Notes under the pieces: generated by a model
What the model saw: the letters and a program-made list of their open reading frames with translations, nothing else
Told to the model about the DNA's origin: nothing
The model's database searches: none
Assembly: GCA_024275575.1 (NCBI GenBank)
Contig: JAJRYV010000047.1
Coordinates: forward strand, 40,789 to 104,788
DNA length: 64,000 nt
Source: a bacterium
GTDB lineage: Bacteria > Zhuqueibacterota > Zhuqueibacteria > Zhuqueibacterales > Geothermadaptataceae
Direction of reading: 5' to 3'
Shown here: positions 29,350-38,389 of the stretch, piece after piece
Numbering within the stretch: the stretch's first letter is position 1
How the letters are laid out: each line of letters starts with the position of its first letter
Program-made: the position numbers and the translations under genes

Positions 29350-30546
29350 ATGGTCATCAGTTATTTTTCATACGTTTGGGATATAAATGGTATTTCTGCT
29401 GGTGCGGCGGTAAAATCCAACGAATTCATCGCTGCGATCCGCAGAAAAAATCACAAGGTTTTCCTTGAATGGCGCACCAAACAGCCGGAGGCACAAATTC
29501 CTTTTAATGGTGCATTAAAAGCTCAGCGCAGGGAAAGTGTGAAAACCGCTTTGCGCCGTGCCTATCGCGAGCCCCGGTCGTATCTCATCAATATTCCGCG
29601 CTTTTTTTCCGAGTACAGAATCTTAAAAAAACAGCAGCCTGATGTGCTTTTTTCCCGCCATGATTACGGCAATTACGCCAATCTGTTGCTTGCAAAAATG
29701 CTTGGTATTCCACTGGTTGTGGAAGTAGATTGCCCGCCGACGCATGAATGGTGTCATTTTTACGCCCAGGATGCCCTAAAATTTGGTGATTTTTCACTGA
29801 AAGTCGAGCTGGATTATTTGAAGAAAGCTGATGCCGTCATCACCCAATCGACCGAGCTGAGCCGCTATTATATCGAAAAAGGTGTGTCAGCGGATAAAAT
29901 TACCATGATTCCCAACGCTGCCGACACCAATAAAATCAAACCATCGCAAGCAGATGAAGAACTGGTCCGGCGCTTTGGTTTAAAGGGTAAAATCGTCGTC
30001 GGCTGGGTTGGCGCCGGTCATGCCTGGACCGGTATCGATGTTTTGATCGATGCGGTTTACCAGGTTATGCCCCATTTCCCAGATGTCTATTTCATGATGA
30101 TCGGCACTGAAAAAAACATGCGATTTTTTCGCGAAAAATTTGCTAAAAGCGATTTTGCTGACCGTATTGTATTGACAGGTTATGTACACAATAGCGAGAT
30201 CCCGCGCTATCTTTCCTGCATGGATATCGCCATCGCGCCCTATCCGCAGCTCGATTTCTTCTATGCCTCATCGATGAAACTGTTTGAATACATGGCAGCC
30301 GGAAAAGCGATCGTCGCAACTCGAATTGGCCAGCTTGCTGAGGTCATTACCGAGGGTGAAAACGGTTTTCTCTATAACGCCGACGATGCGCAGGAGTTGA
30401 GCGGGAAAATCAAATACCTCATCGAAGAAAAATCGCTGCGTGCGAAACTCGCCCGGGCCGCCCGTGCTGATGCTGAAAAGGAGTATAATTGGGATCGAGT
30501 GGGGGAGAAGATGATAAAGGTTTTTAGAGATGTGCTTGAAAAGTGA
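29350..30546 (+). CDS. GT4 glycosyltransferase
   Basis: 398 aa with C-terminal motif SSMKLFEYMAAGKAIVAT. Confidence 0.8.
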   Translation: MVISYFSYVWDINGISAGAAVKSNEFIAAIRRKNHKVFLEWRTKQPEAQIPFNGALKAQRRESVKTALRRAYREPRSYLINIPRFFSEYRILKKQQPDVLFSRHDYGNYANLLLAKMLGIPLVVEVDCPPTHEWCHFYAQDALKFGDFSLKVELDYLKKADAVITQSTELSRYYIEKGVSADKITMIPNAADTNKIKPSQADEELVRRFGLKGKIVVGWVGAGHAWTGIDVLIDAVYQVMPHFPDVYFMMIGTEKNMRFFREKFAKSDFADRIVLTGYVHNSEIPRYLSCMDIAIAPYPQLDFFYASSMKLFEYMAAGKAIVATRIGQLAEVITEGENGFLYNADDAQELSGKIKYLIEEKSLRAKLARAARADAEKEYNWDRVGEKMIKVFRDVLEK

Positions 30547-30725
30547 AGTCACTTAACGGTTTTTTACTTACAATAAGTCCTGTTCTGATTGTACAAAATA
30601 ATAATTGGTTCAAATCTTGCCAAAAACCTTTTTCAAAAATATCGTGAGCCTAAAAGTTTTTGCTCTCACATTGTTGTATTCGGAAATTGTATTTTGTAAT
30701 TGCCCGATCTTTGAAAGGATTCGGA

Positions 30726-32555
30726 ATGAAAAAAATGGATTTTATGGTTAATTCGACTAGAGCTAAAATTTTGCCTTGCATTATTGTGCTTATTCTGACG
30801 CTGGTTGCCGGGACAAATTCAAAACTTGAAGCTCAGCTGGCACAGCATTCCTACCCGCTCATTGGCTGGCAGACTTTTTCCGGCGCTTCGCATGATTTTT
30901 ATGCCCGCTTCGATATGATCATCACCCGCAACCGGCACAATGGCTGGGCGGATCAATTGAAGCAGATGAACCCAACGATTACCGTGATTCATACTTATGA
31001 CTGGAACACTGCGCAATATCCCTATATCGACAATTTCCCGGATGAGTGGTTTTTACGCGATTCTAAAGGTAATAAAATCAGTGGTTACGGCAATTATATG
31101 ATGGTCAACCTCAGCGATGTTTGCCCCAGAGCTTCCGGCGGTGTGATGGCCAATATGCGCTATGCTGATTACTTGCCAATCTTTCTCACGCAAATTGTTG
31201 ATTTAAATCATTTCGACGGATTGGCGACTGACGGCATCTGGGGACGCACAGGTATGGCCTGGCTCTATAACCGTGATAAATTCGCCGATGTGGATATCAA
31301 CAACAACGGTGTCAATGATCATGATGAGATGTCGGATAGCGAGTTCCTCAACCGCTGGCAAGGCGGTATTGATGTTATCATGGAAAAACTGCGGCAGCGT
31401 ATCGGCACGAATAAATTGCTGATCATCAATAGCGGTACGAAACACACCTGGGGCTGGGATAAACAAAACGGCATGATTATCGAGAAAAGGCGAGGTTTTT
31501 TTAGCGATAAATTTGATTATGACTGGTTCAACAAAATCAAAAAATATGCGGTGCAGCCATATATCAGTCTCGAAGACGGTATGCCCTATAATTCACACCC
31601 GAAGAAGGGATATCCATCGAAGGACAGTTTTACCGAGATGCGTTTCGGGCTGGTGATGTCAATCTTCAATGATCATTATTTTAGTTTTCAGGACCTTGAA
31701 GCAAGCGAACATTACTGGTCGTTCTGGTATGATGAGTTCGATCTCAACCTCGGCCGCCCGACAGGCCCGCCGCACCAGATCCGCCCTGGGTTGTGGGTGC
31801 GCTTTTTCGATAACGGCTGCGCCATCGGCTCGTGCAACGGTCAGCCTCAGACAGCCAGTGCAAACGATCTCACACAATTTTCCGAATATGACGGGCCTTA
31901 TTTTCGTTTTAAAGGCGGGCAAAACCCCTCATTTAATAATGGCAAGCAATTCGAATCCATCGATCTGCATGGCATAAAAATCGACGGACGTTATTTCGGT
32001 GACGGCATCGTTTTACTCAAACAGCCGCGGTTTGTCATCGCAGATATCGTTATCGATAATTCGGCAGCCGGCACCTCTCCATCTTCCGCGATGGCGGAAT
32101 TAGGAGCTGGTTTTGAGCAAAGCAAAGATTGCTGGAACAACGGCTACCTGCTCAATTGCAAAAGCTGGCTCGATACCTATGAGACCGCTTTATCCTACGG
32201 TTCCGGTAAAGCCATTTTCCGTCCCACTATTGCCATTGCCGGTAATTACAAAGTTTATGAATGGCATCCCCAGCTTTCAGGGTTGGCTTCGAATGTCACA
32301 TATCGTGTACGTTCGGCAGGTGGTGATCAGGATTTCGTAATCAACCAACAGCAGAATGCCGGGCAGTGGAATGAAATCGGCCGTTTCCGTTTTTCCAACG
32401 GCACCAACGGCTTTGTCGAAATTCAGGCTGATGGCGCCAATGGTGCTGTTGCAGCAGATGCTATAAAATTTGTCTTTGATGATTACGGCACCGATGTGGA
32501 CCCCATTCCTCCGGCGCCACCGGGTAATGTGAAAATTCAGATCAAAGGCAATTGA
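30726..32555 (+). CDS. Secreted glycoside-hydrolase-like protein with C-terminal golvesin/Xly-type carbohydrate-binding-like domain
   Basis: The ORF track start at 30660 is unlikely. The ATG at 30726 follows AAGGA and gives the signal peptide MKKMDF...LTLVAGTNSKLEAQ. The C-terminal region is NYKVYEWHP...NVTYRVRSAGGDQDFVINQQQNAGQWNEIGRFRF...ADAIKFV. The functional call is from memory of domain families only. Confidence 0.45.
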   Translation: MKKMDFMVNSTRAKILPCIIVLILTLVAGTNSKLEAQLAQHSYPLIGWQTFSGASHDFYARFDMIITRNRHNGWADQLKQMNPTITVIHTYDWNTAQYPYIDNFPDEWFLRDSKGNKISGYGNYMMVNLSDVCPRASGGVMANMRYADYLPIFLTQIVDLNHFDGLATDGIWGRTGMAWLYNRDKFADVDINNNGVNDHDEMSDSEFLNRWQGGIDVIMEKLRQRIGTNKLLIINSGTKHTWGWDKQNGMIIEKRRGFFSDKFDYDWFNKIKKYAVQPYISLEDGMPYNSHPKKGYPSKDSFTEMRFGLVMSIFNDHYFSFQDLEASEHYWSFWYDEFDLNLGRPTGPPHQIRPGLWVRFFDNGCAIGSCNGQPQTASANDLTQFSEYDGPYFRFKGGQNPSFNNGKQFESIDLHGIKIDGRYFGDGIVLLKQPRFVIADIVIDNSAAGTSPSSAMAELGAGFEQSKDCWNNGYLLNCKSWLDTYETALSYGSGKAIFRPTIAIAGNYKVYEWHPQLSGLASNVTYRVRSAGGDQDFVINQQQNAGQWNEIGRFRFSNGTNGFVEIQADGANGAVAADAIKFVFDDYGTDVDPIPPAPPGNVKIQIKGN

Positions 32556-32882
32556 TATAATCTCAGCTTTCCGGGCAAAAGGGGTTGCTCAGGGTGATTT
32601 ATTTGGATTTCACAAAGGAATGACAGAGTTGCTCAAAAGCGATGAATATTTTCTTGAGAACTCCGCTTTAAAATTTTAAAATCTGACTTGATAACCAAAC
32701 GTTCGTCCTCAAAATGAACGTTTGGTGGTAATGTATACAATGATAACCTGAGTTCAAAATTCGCGCTGTCCATACTTCGCGCTTCATCGACTCCCAATTT
32801 GAACTTCGCGGACCACCTCTTGACGGACAGTGAATTCGACTGAATACTCATATTCATACGAAAAAAAATTATACTATAAGAA

Positions 32883-33944
32883 ATGAAACTGCAAAAAAGA
32901 ATGCTGCACATCGATATCGCCAAGAGTGTAGCTATAATCTGGATCGTCTACGGTCACGCGATCGTGCAAATGCAGGGTTCGCTGTTTTACGACCAATATC
33001 TCGATGCGCAGACAACGTTCATGTTTTCCCTGTTTTCTTTCCGCATGCCGCTATTGTTCATGATTTCCGGCGCTTTTCAGCGTAAGCGACTGGAATATTC
33101 ATTTTCTACTCACAAGAATTATTTAAGCAAAATCGGACAGACAATTTTGATGCCGTTTTATACACTGTCGTTGGTATTTTTGCTGATCAATGTCATCCTG
33201 AGTAATCATCTTAATACGCCTTCACTGGCCGACATGATTTTTTCATTGCTCTTGCAGCAATCCAACAGCAATACGCTGCCTTCCGGTGTGATGTGGTTTT
33301 TATTTACTTTGTTTTCATGTGCCTTGCTTACTTATGCCGCAATCAGGTTGCTTAAAATAAAACCGCTGCATTTCCTTATTTTTACCCTTGCGCTAAAGGT
33401 TTTTAGCAGCTATTTTATCGATACAACTTATCTCGCCTTCGACACGACCTCGCGCTATTTATTCTTTTTCGTCCTGGGTTACACTTTCGATAAATACGTC
33501 ATCCAGCAGCCCATTTACCAATGGAAATACCTGGGAACATTTCTCGCGGCTTATCTGGCTCTGGTACTCATTTATGTTAAAATTGCAGCTTTGCCGCCCT
33601 GGTTTGCCCTGGTTTATGACTTTATCCGCTCATTAGAAATCGCAGGAATTCTCGTCACCCTGTTGATTTTTGGTTTTGCCCATCGCGTAGCCCTGGTTTG
33701 GGGCGAATCGCGGTGGATAAAGTTTTTTCTCTATTGCGGTACCTCTTCGATGTTGATTTACGTTTTCCATATGCCGACATTTACCATTATCAACAAACTT
33801 GCTGAATTGGCCCGTTTCGATGCGGATTCGACAAAACTGTTGCTGCTGTTTGTTTCCGGTGTTATCTTCCCGTTGCTTTACGGCAAAATTCTGAGCTATC
33901 ATAAAATGACATATCGATTGCTCATCGGCCGCGATCCCCGATAG
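32883..33944 (+). CDS. Acyltransferase-3 family membrane O-acyltransferase
   Basis: 353 aa with about 10 TM segments. The N-terminus HIDIAKSVAIIWIVYGHA is typical of OafA/WecH-like acyltransferases. Confidence 0.75.
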   Translation: MKLQKRMLHIDIAKSVAIIWIVYGHAIVQMQGSLFYDQYLDAQTTFMFSLFSFRMPLLFMISGAFQRKRLEYSFSTHKNYLSKIGQTILMPFYTLSLVFLLINVILSNHLNTPSLADMIFSLLLQQSNSNTLPSGVMWFLFTLFSCALLTYAAIRLLKIKPLHFLIFTLALKVFSSYFIDTTYLAFDTTSRYLFFFVLGYTFDKYVIQQPIYQWKYLGTFLAAYLALVLIYVKIAALPPWFALVYDFIRSLEIAGILVTLLIFGFAHRVALVWGESRWIKFFLYCGTSSMLIYVFHMPTFTIINKLAELARFDADSTKLLLLFVSGVIFPLLYGKILSYHKMTYRLLIGRDPR

Positions 33945-34327
33945 TTTGGTTCAGATGAGAACTTTTTCATCCGTGTGATCATCATAAAGCAGTGATGATT
34001 CCGGCAGGCGCTGAGGAAACGATTCACCCGGCATCGGGAATGAATTGCCTGGGGCTGAATGGAAGACTTGCAGGCGATGAATCGGCTCGATTTCTGCATT
34101 TTCAATTTATGCAGATATTTTTAATATTGATTAAGTTGATAGAAAGTATAAAAATTCTGCGCCTGGTGGATGTGTAAAATCATATTTTTCGGCTGGTACT
34201 TCTGTTGTCTCTCCTTCCCGGAGTGGATTGCAGCCTAACTAAATTCATATATCTTTTTGCATTGGTGACATCGGATATTTACATTTTGATGTTAATATAA
34301 AATGGCAATCTAATTGGTGGAGCCCCA

Positions 34328-36145
34328 ATGAAAATTTTAGGCATTTCTGCGTATTATCACGATTCGGCAGCCTGTTTGGTGGATGATGGAAAAATTATCG
34401 CGGCGGCTCAGGAAGAGCGATTTACGCGCAAAAAACACGACCACAATTTCCCTGTTCATGCGATCGATTATTGCCTTGAAGCGGCTGCTATCCAAGGCAG
34501 TGATCTGGATTATGTGGCCTTTTACGATAAACCATTTCTCAAATTTGAACGACTCCTTGAAACTTATCTGCAATACGCGCCCGTGGGTTTCAAATCATTT
34601 GTCAAGGCCATGCCGCTATGGATCAAGCAAAAATTGTGGATGAAAGATGACATCAAAGAAAAGCTGCAGTTCGACGGCACGGTGCTCTTCCCGGAACATC
34701 ACGAATCGCACGCGGCTTCGGCTTTCTATGTCTCGCCATTTGATGAAGCTGCTTTTCTCACTGTCGATGGCGTTGGCGAGTGGGCGACGACGAGTTATGG
34801 CGTCGGTCACGGCAACAAAATGGAAATGATCGCCGACATTCAGTTTCCTCATTCCCTTGGTTTACTTTATTCCGCTTTTACTTATTACACCGGTTTCAAA
34901 GTCAATTCCGGTGAGTACAAAGTTATGGGCCTGGCGCCCTATGGTGAACCCAAATATGTCGATCTGATAAAGGACAATCTGATCGACATAAAAGATGATG
35001 GTTCTTTTAAAATGGATATGTCCTACTTCAATTACTGTGTTGGATTAGCGATGACCGGGCGAAAATTTCACAAGTTGTTCGGCGCGCCGCCGCGCAAGCC
35101 GGAAACCCGTCTGACGCAGCGGGAGATGGACCTGGCGCGTTCGGTGCAAGATGTTGTCGAAGAAGTAATTCTCAAAATGGGACGGCATATCCGTAAAAAT
35201 ACCGCTATGAAAAATCTTTGCATGGCCGGTGGTGTGGCGCTTAATTGTGTCGCTAACGGCAAGTTGCTGCGGGAAAATATTTTCGACGATATCTGGATTC
35301 AGCCCGCTGCCGGAGATGCCGGCGGCGCATTGGGCGCGGCGATGCTGACCTGGTATCAATATCTCGATAATGCCCGCATCGTCGAAAACAAGGCCGACGC
35401 CATGCACGGCGCTTATCTCGGCCCGGAATTTAAAAATGGTGATATCGACGCTTTTCTGAAGAAAAATGATATCGTTTATAAAAAATTGGCTGATGCTGAA
35501 ATCAGCAAAACCGTCGCCGAACTCATTTCGGCTGAAAATGTCGTCGGCTGGTTTCAGGGACGCATGGAATTCGGGCCGCGTTCCCTCGGCGGGCGCTCGA
35601 TTCTCGGTGATGCCCGCTCGACCAAAATGCAGGAAACGATGAACCTGAAAATCAAGTTTCGCGAGAGCTTCCGGCCCTTTGCACCGTCGGTGAAATCGGA
35701 TAAGGTCACGGAATATTTTGAGCTCGATCGCCCTAGCCCTTACATGCTGCTCGTTGCCGATGTCCACCGTAAACGGCAAAAAAAGATGACGACAGAAGAA
35801 AAGAAAAGGTTTGGCCTCGATAAATTAAAAATCGTGCGCTCCGATATTCCAGCGATCACCCATGTGGATTACAGTGCTCGCGTGCAGACCGTACACAAAG
35901 AAACCAACCCGCTATACTATGATTTACTCTCGGAATTTGAAAACCGCTATGGCTGCGCCACGGTGATCAACACCTCGTTTAATGTGCGGGGCGAACCTAT
36001 CGTTTGCACTCCGGAAGATGCGTACCGCTGTTTCATGCGTACGAATATGGATTATCTCGTGCTGGAAAATTATCTGCTCGCCAAAAAAGACCAGAAAGAC
36101 CTGGACAATGATAGCGACTGGCAAAAAGAATTTGAACTGGATTGA
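34328..36145 (+). CDS. Carbamoyltransferase (NodU/CmcH family), second paralogue
   Basis: 605 aa with AAQEERFTRKKH, HHESHAASAFY and NTSFNVRGEPIVCTPEDA. Confidence 0.9.
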   Translation: MKILGISAYYHDSAACLVDDGKIIAAAQEERFTRKKHDHNFPVHAIDYCLEAAAIQGSDLDYVAFYDKPFLKFERLLETYLQYAPVGFKSFVKAMPLWIKQKLWMKDDIKEKLQFDGTVLFPEHHESHAASAFYVSPFDEAAFLTVDGVGEWATTSYGVGHGNKMEMIADIQFPHSLGLLYSAFTYYTGFKVNSGEYKVMGLAPYGEPKYVDLIKDNLIDIKDDGSFKMDMSYFNYCVGLAMTGRKFHKLFGAPPRKPETRLTQREMDLARSVQDVVEEVILKMGRHIRKNTAMKNLCMAGGVALNCVANGKLLRENIFDDIWIQPAAGDAGGALGAAMLTWYQYLDNARIVENKADAMHGAYLGPEFKNGDIDAFLKKNDIVYKKLADAEISKTVAELISAENVVGWFQGRMEFGPRSLGGRSILGDARSTKMQETMNLKIKFRESFRPFAPSVKSDKVTEYFELDRPSPYMLLVADVHRKRQKKMTTEEKKRFGLDKLKIVRSDIPAITHVDYSARVQTVHKETNPLYYDLLSEFENRYGCATVINTSFNVRGEPIVCTPEDAYRCFMRTNMDYLVLENYLLAKKDQKDLDNDSDWQKEFELD

Positions 36146-36154
36146 GGATGTCTG

Positions 36155-36571
36155 ATGCTGATCGAAGAAATTAAGAATATCAATAGTGATAAAAACCAAC
36201 TGCGTCAATTCGGGCTTTCGGTGGGTGGCGTTCTCACCGCACTCGGGGCGATTTTGTTCTGGTATGGCAGTGAGAATGCCCTCTATTTAATCGCCGGTGG
36301 CGGACTGCTGTTGCTGTCGGGATTGCTTGTACCCCAAATTCTCTTTCCCCTGCAAAAAGTATGGATGACCTTTGCCGTCATCATGGGCTGGGTGATGACG
36401 CGCGTGATTCTCGCGGTGCTCTATTATGTTGTTCTCACCGCCATCGGGCTCATCGCCCGGCTTACCGGCAAGCAATTCCTGGAATTAAAATGGGACTGCA
36501 ATCAGCACACCTACTGGAATTATCGCGCCAACCGGGATTTTGACAAACAAATCTATGAAAAACAATTTTAA
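36155..36571 (+). CDS. SxtJ-like small membrane protein
   Basis: 138 aa with 3-4 TM segments. RBS GAGGA lies 4 nt after the carbamoyltransferase stop. The position and size match the sxtJ-type genes found next to carbamoyltransferases. Confidence 0.55.
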   Translation: MLIEEIKNINSDKNQLRQFGLSVGGVLTALGAILFWYGSENALYLIAGGGLLLLSGLLVPQILFPLQKVWMTFAVIMGWVMTRVILAVLYYVVLTAIGLIARLTGKQFLELKWDCNQHTYWNYRANRDFDKQIYEKQF

Positions 36572-36583
36572 AAGGACAGCATC

Positions 36584-36742
36584 ATGAGCAAGGTTTCATT
36601 GGTCATCGAGTTTTGGGACTTTTTAAAGGCAAGAAAAAAATTCTGGCTCATGCCGATTGTGTTTTTTCTGGTGTTGCTGGGGGCCATTCTCGTCGTCTCT
36701 CAGGGATCGGCGCTTGCACCATTCGTTTATACGTTGTTTTGA
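36584..36742 (+). CDS. DUF5989/SxtK-like 52-aa membrane peptide (not in ORF track)
   Basis: Translated by hand: MSKVSLVIEFWDFLKARKKFWLMPIVFFLVLLGAILVVSQGSALAPFVYTLF*. RBS AAGGA at 36571-36575. The KKFWL-TM-APFxYTLF pattern matches my recollection of the DUF5989 family. Confidence 0.65.
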   Translation: MSKVSLVIEFWDFLKARKKFWLMPIVFFLVLLGAILVVSQGSALAPFVYTLF

Positions 36743-36774
36743 TCTGACTTCTTAAATTAAACTTTGCTGTTCCT

Positions 36775-37944
36775 ATGAGCACCACACACAAAAAACAGGC
36801 TGTCTTCTCGCTGATCCTGATTTTTTTTCTGCTCTTGCTGACAGATACATTGCTCTATTTCGGGCTTTCGTTGATCAGTAAAAAGAAGAATATTTTCTAC
36901 GGGCAGACGCAGGTCGAACAGGTAAAAATCGATAACTGGCTGGCGAACAGCTATGATTCTGATCTGGGCTGGAAGCTGCATCGCAATGACGCCAACAACC
37001 TCGGTGCGCGGCGAAATTCGGAATATCCACTGAAATCCGTTTACGATATCAAAACTTTTGGTGATTCCTTCACCATGGGCGCGGAGGTGAGCGTTGAAAA
37101 TACATGGCAGGCTTTCATCGAGAAAATGACGGGCAGGGATTGCCTGAATTTCGGCGTCGGCGCTTATGGTTCGGATCAGGCGTTGTTAAGCTATAAAAAA
37201 TCGAAAATCAAATCACGCTACGTGGTTCTGGGAATCCTGTCGGAAAATATTGGTCGTGTTGTCTCGGTTTATCCGGCGTGGTATATGCGGGAATGGTTTC
37301 CGCCAAAACCGCGTTTTAAAAAAGCCTCCGAAGGCTGGCAAGTATTGGAAATGCCCATTGATAGCAAAGAAAAAGCAGGCCTCCTTCGGGATGAAAGATT
37401 TGTCAATTCTCTGAAAACAGCCGATTATTGGCCGGGTTATTATGAAAAAAATCTTAAAGCCCCGGCGAATTTACAGTGGCCGGCATTTTATACGATCTTC
37501 GGGCATTGGCAGTTTTTCACCTCACGGGCGCAAATCGTTTTTGCCAACTGGACAGAGCCGACGCTGCAAAGCGAAATGCAAAAATATAAATATACCCACC
37601 TTTATAATGCTGATTCCGAAGCGCTGCAAATCTTAAAATTTATTCTCGATGAATTTGCCGACACAGCACAGCAGCGTGATGAAATCCCGATTATCCTTCT
37701 CTTTGCCGATCAGTTTTCCATCGATATTATTAAAAAATACGGACATAAAATTTATGGCCCGTTGATCGAACATGCCAAAACCCGCGGTTATCATTTTCTC
37801 GACATCGGTGACATTTTTGCCAAAGAAGATTATTCAAAATATTTTCTCTATTATAACAGCCATTATTCCCCAGCCGGTAATGAAAAAGTGGCGCAGGCAG
37901 TGACCGATTTAATTCAGTCTCTGGAAAATGCTATTAGCTATTAG
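36775..37944 (+). CDS. SGNH/GDSL-like hydrolase or acyl-esterase with N-terminal TM anchor
   Basis: 389 aa. N-terminal TM segment, block I FGDSFTMG, block II NFGVGAYGSDQ, and a C-terminal NSHYSPAGNE (DxxH-like). Confidence 0.5.
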   Translation: MSTTHKKQAVFSLILIFFLLLLTDTLLYFGLSLISKKKNIFYGQTQVEQVKIDNWLANSYDSDLGWKLHRNDANNLGARRNSEYPLKSVYDIKTFGDSFTMGAEVSVENTWQAFIEKMTGRDCLNFGVGAYGSDQALLSYKKSKIKSRYVVLGILSENIGRVVSVYPAWYMREWFPPKPRFKKASEGWQVLEMPIDSKEKAGLLRDERFVNSLKTADYWPGYYEKNLKAPANLQWPAFYTIFGHWQFFTSRAQIVFANWTEPTLQSEMQKYKYTHLYNADSEALQILKFILDEFADTAQQRDEIPIILLFADQFSIDIIKKYGHKIYGPLIEHAKTRGYHFLDIGDIFAKEDYSKYFLYYNSHYSPAGNEKVAQAVTDLIQSLENAISY

Positions 37945-38103
37945 CTTTGGGCAAAAAAACAGTTGCACAACGCTCACTTTTTCTGCGGTTTATCCCGGCT
38001 ATGCTCGTCGGGGATTTAAGCTCGCATACTCACCCATCAAAGAATCCTCGATGCAATCAATGGCGGAATTCTACGCTTGATAAGCAAGAGGAAAATTCTG
38101 CCA

Positions 38104-38175
38104 AGCGTAACGCGCGTGCCTCTCGGCGAGGACGTCTTCTCTGCTATATTGAAATTATGCTAGCTGAACAGTTGC
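38104..38175. repeat. Degenerate right-arm fragment of the MITE-like family
   Basis: agcgtaacgcgcgtgcctctcggcgaggacgtcttctctgctat...gctgaacagttgc parallels gagcgttacattcggcgagacgcctttgctgctat...gctgaacgagatat of copy D. No convincing left end was found. Confidence 0.3.
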
Positions 38176-38389
38176 CTGACTTTTTTGATAAATATTTAAT
38201 TTTTACAAGTTTGCGTTCCGATAATCGATTAAAAACATAGACAAAAGAAAGTGTATTTGTACTGGTTTGTCTGGCGAATTGTAATACATTTTAAAAACTC
38301 AACAAGGTTTTCTTCAGTTGGCCGCCAATATCCGTACTGTCAAAATTCGGGAACAATGATCTGGAACTGAATAGCATTTTGAGGCAGAA

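Noticed and set aside
32633-32923. 96-aa minus-strand ORF between the secreted GH-like gene and the acyltransferase-3 gene
   Set aside because: It overlaps the start of the acyltransferase gene, lacks an RBS and motifs, and spans the hairpin- and repeat-containing spacer. I treat it as non-coding.
35045-35779. 244-aa minus-strand ORF. Similar ones lie at 27658-28320, 1297-1971, 57591-58244, 44233-44871 and 39682-40194.
   Set aside because: Each is fully contained antisense within a strongly supported plus-strand gene (carbamoyltransferases, asnB, gabT-like, giant protein, SDR). None has an RBS or family motifs, so they are shadow ORFs.
37947-38240. 97-aa plus-strand ORF in the gap after the SGNH gene
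   Set aside because: It has no RBS and an Arg-rich, low-complexity translation, and it overlaps the repeat-derived segment at 38104-38175. It is likely spurious.
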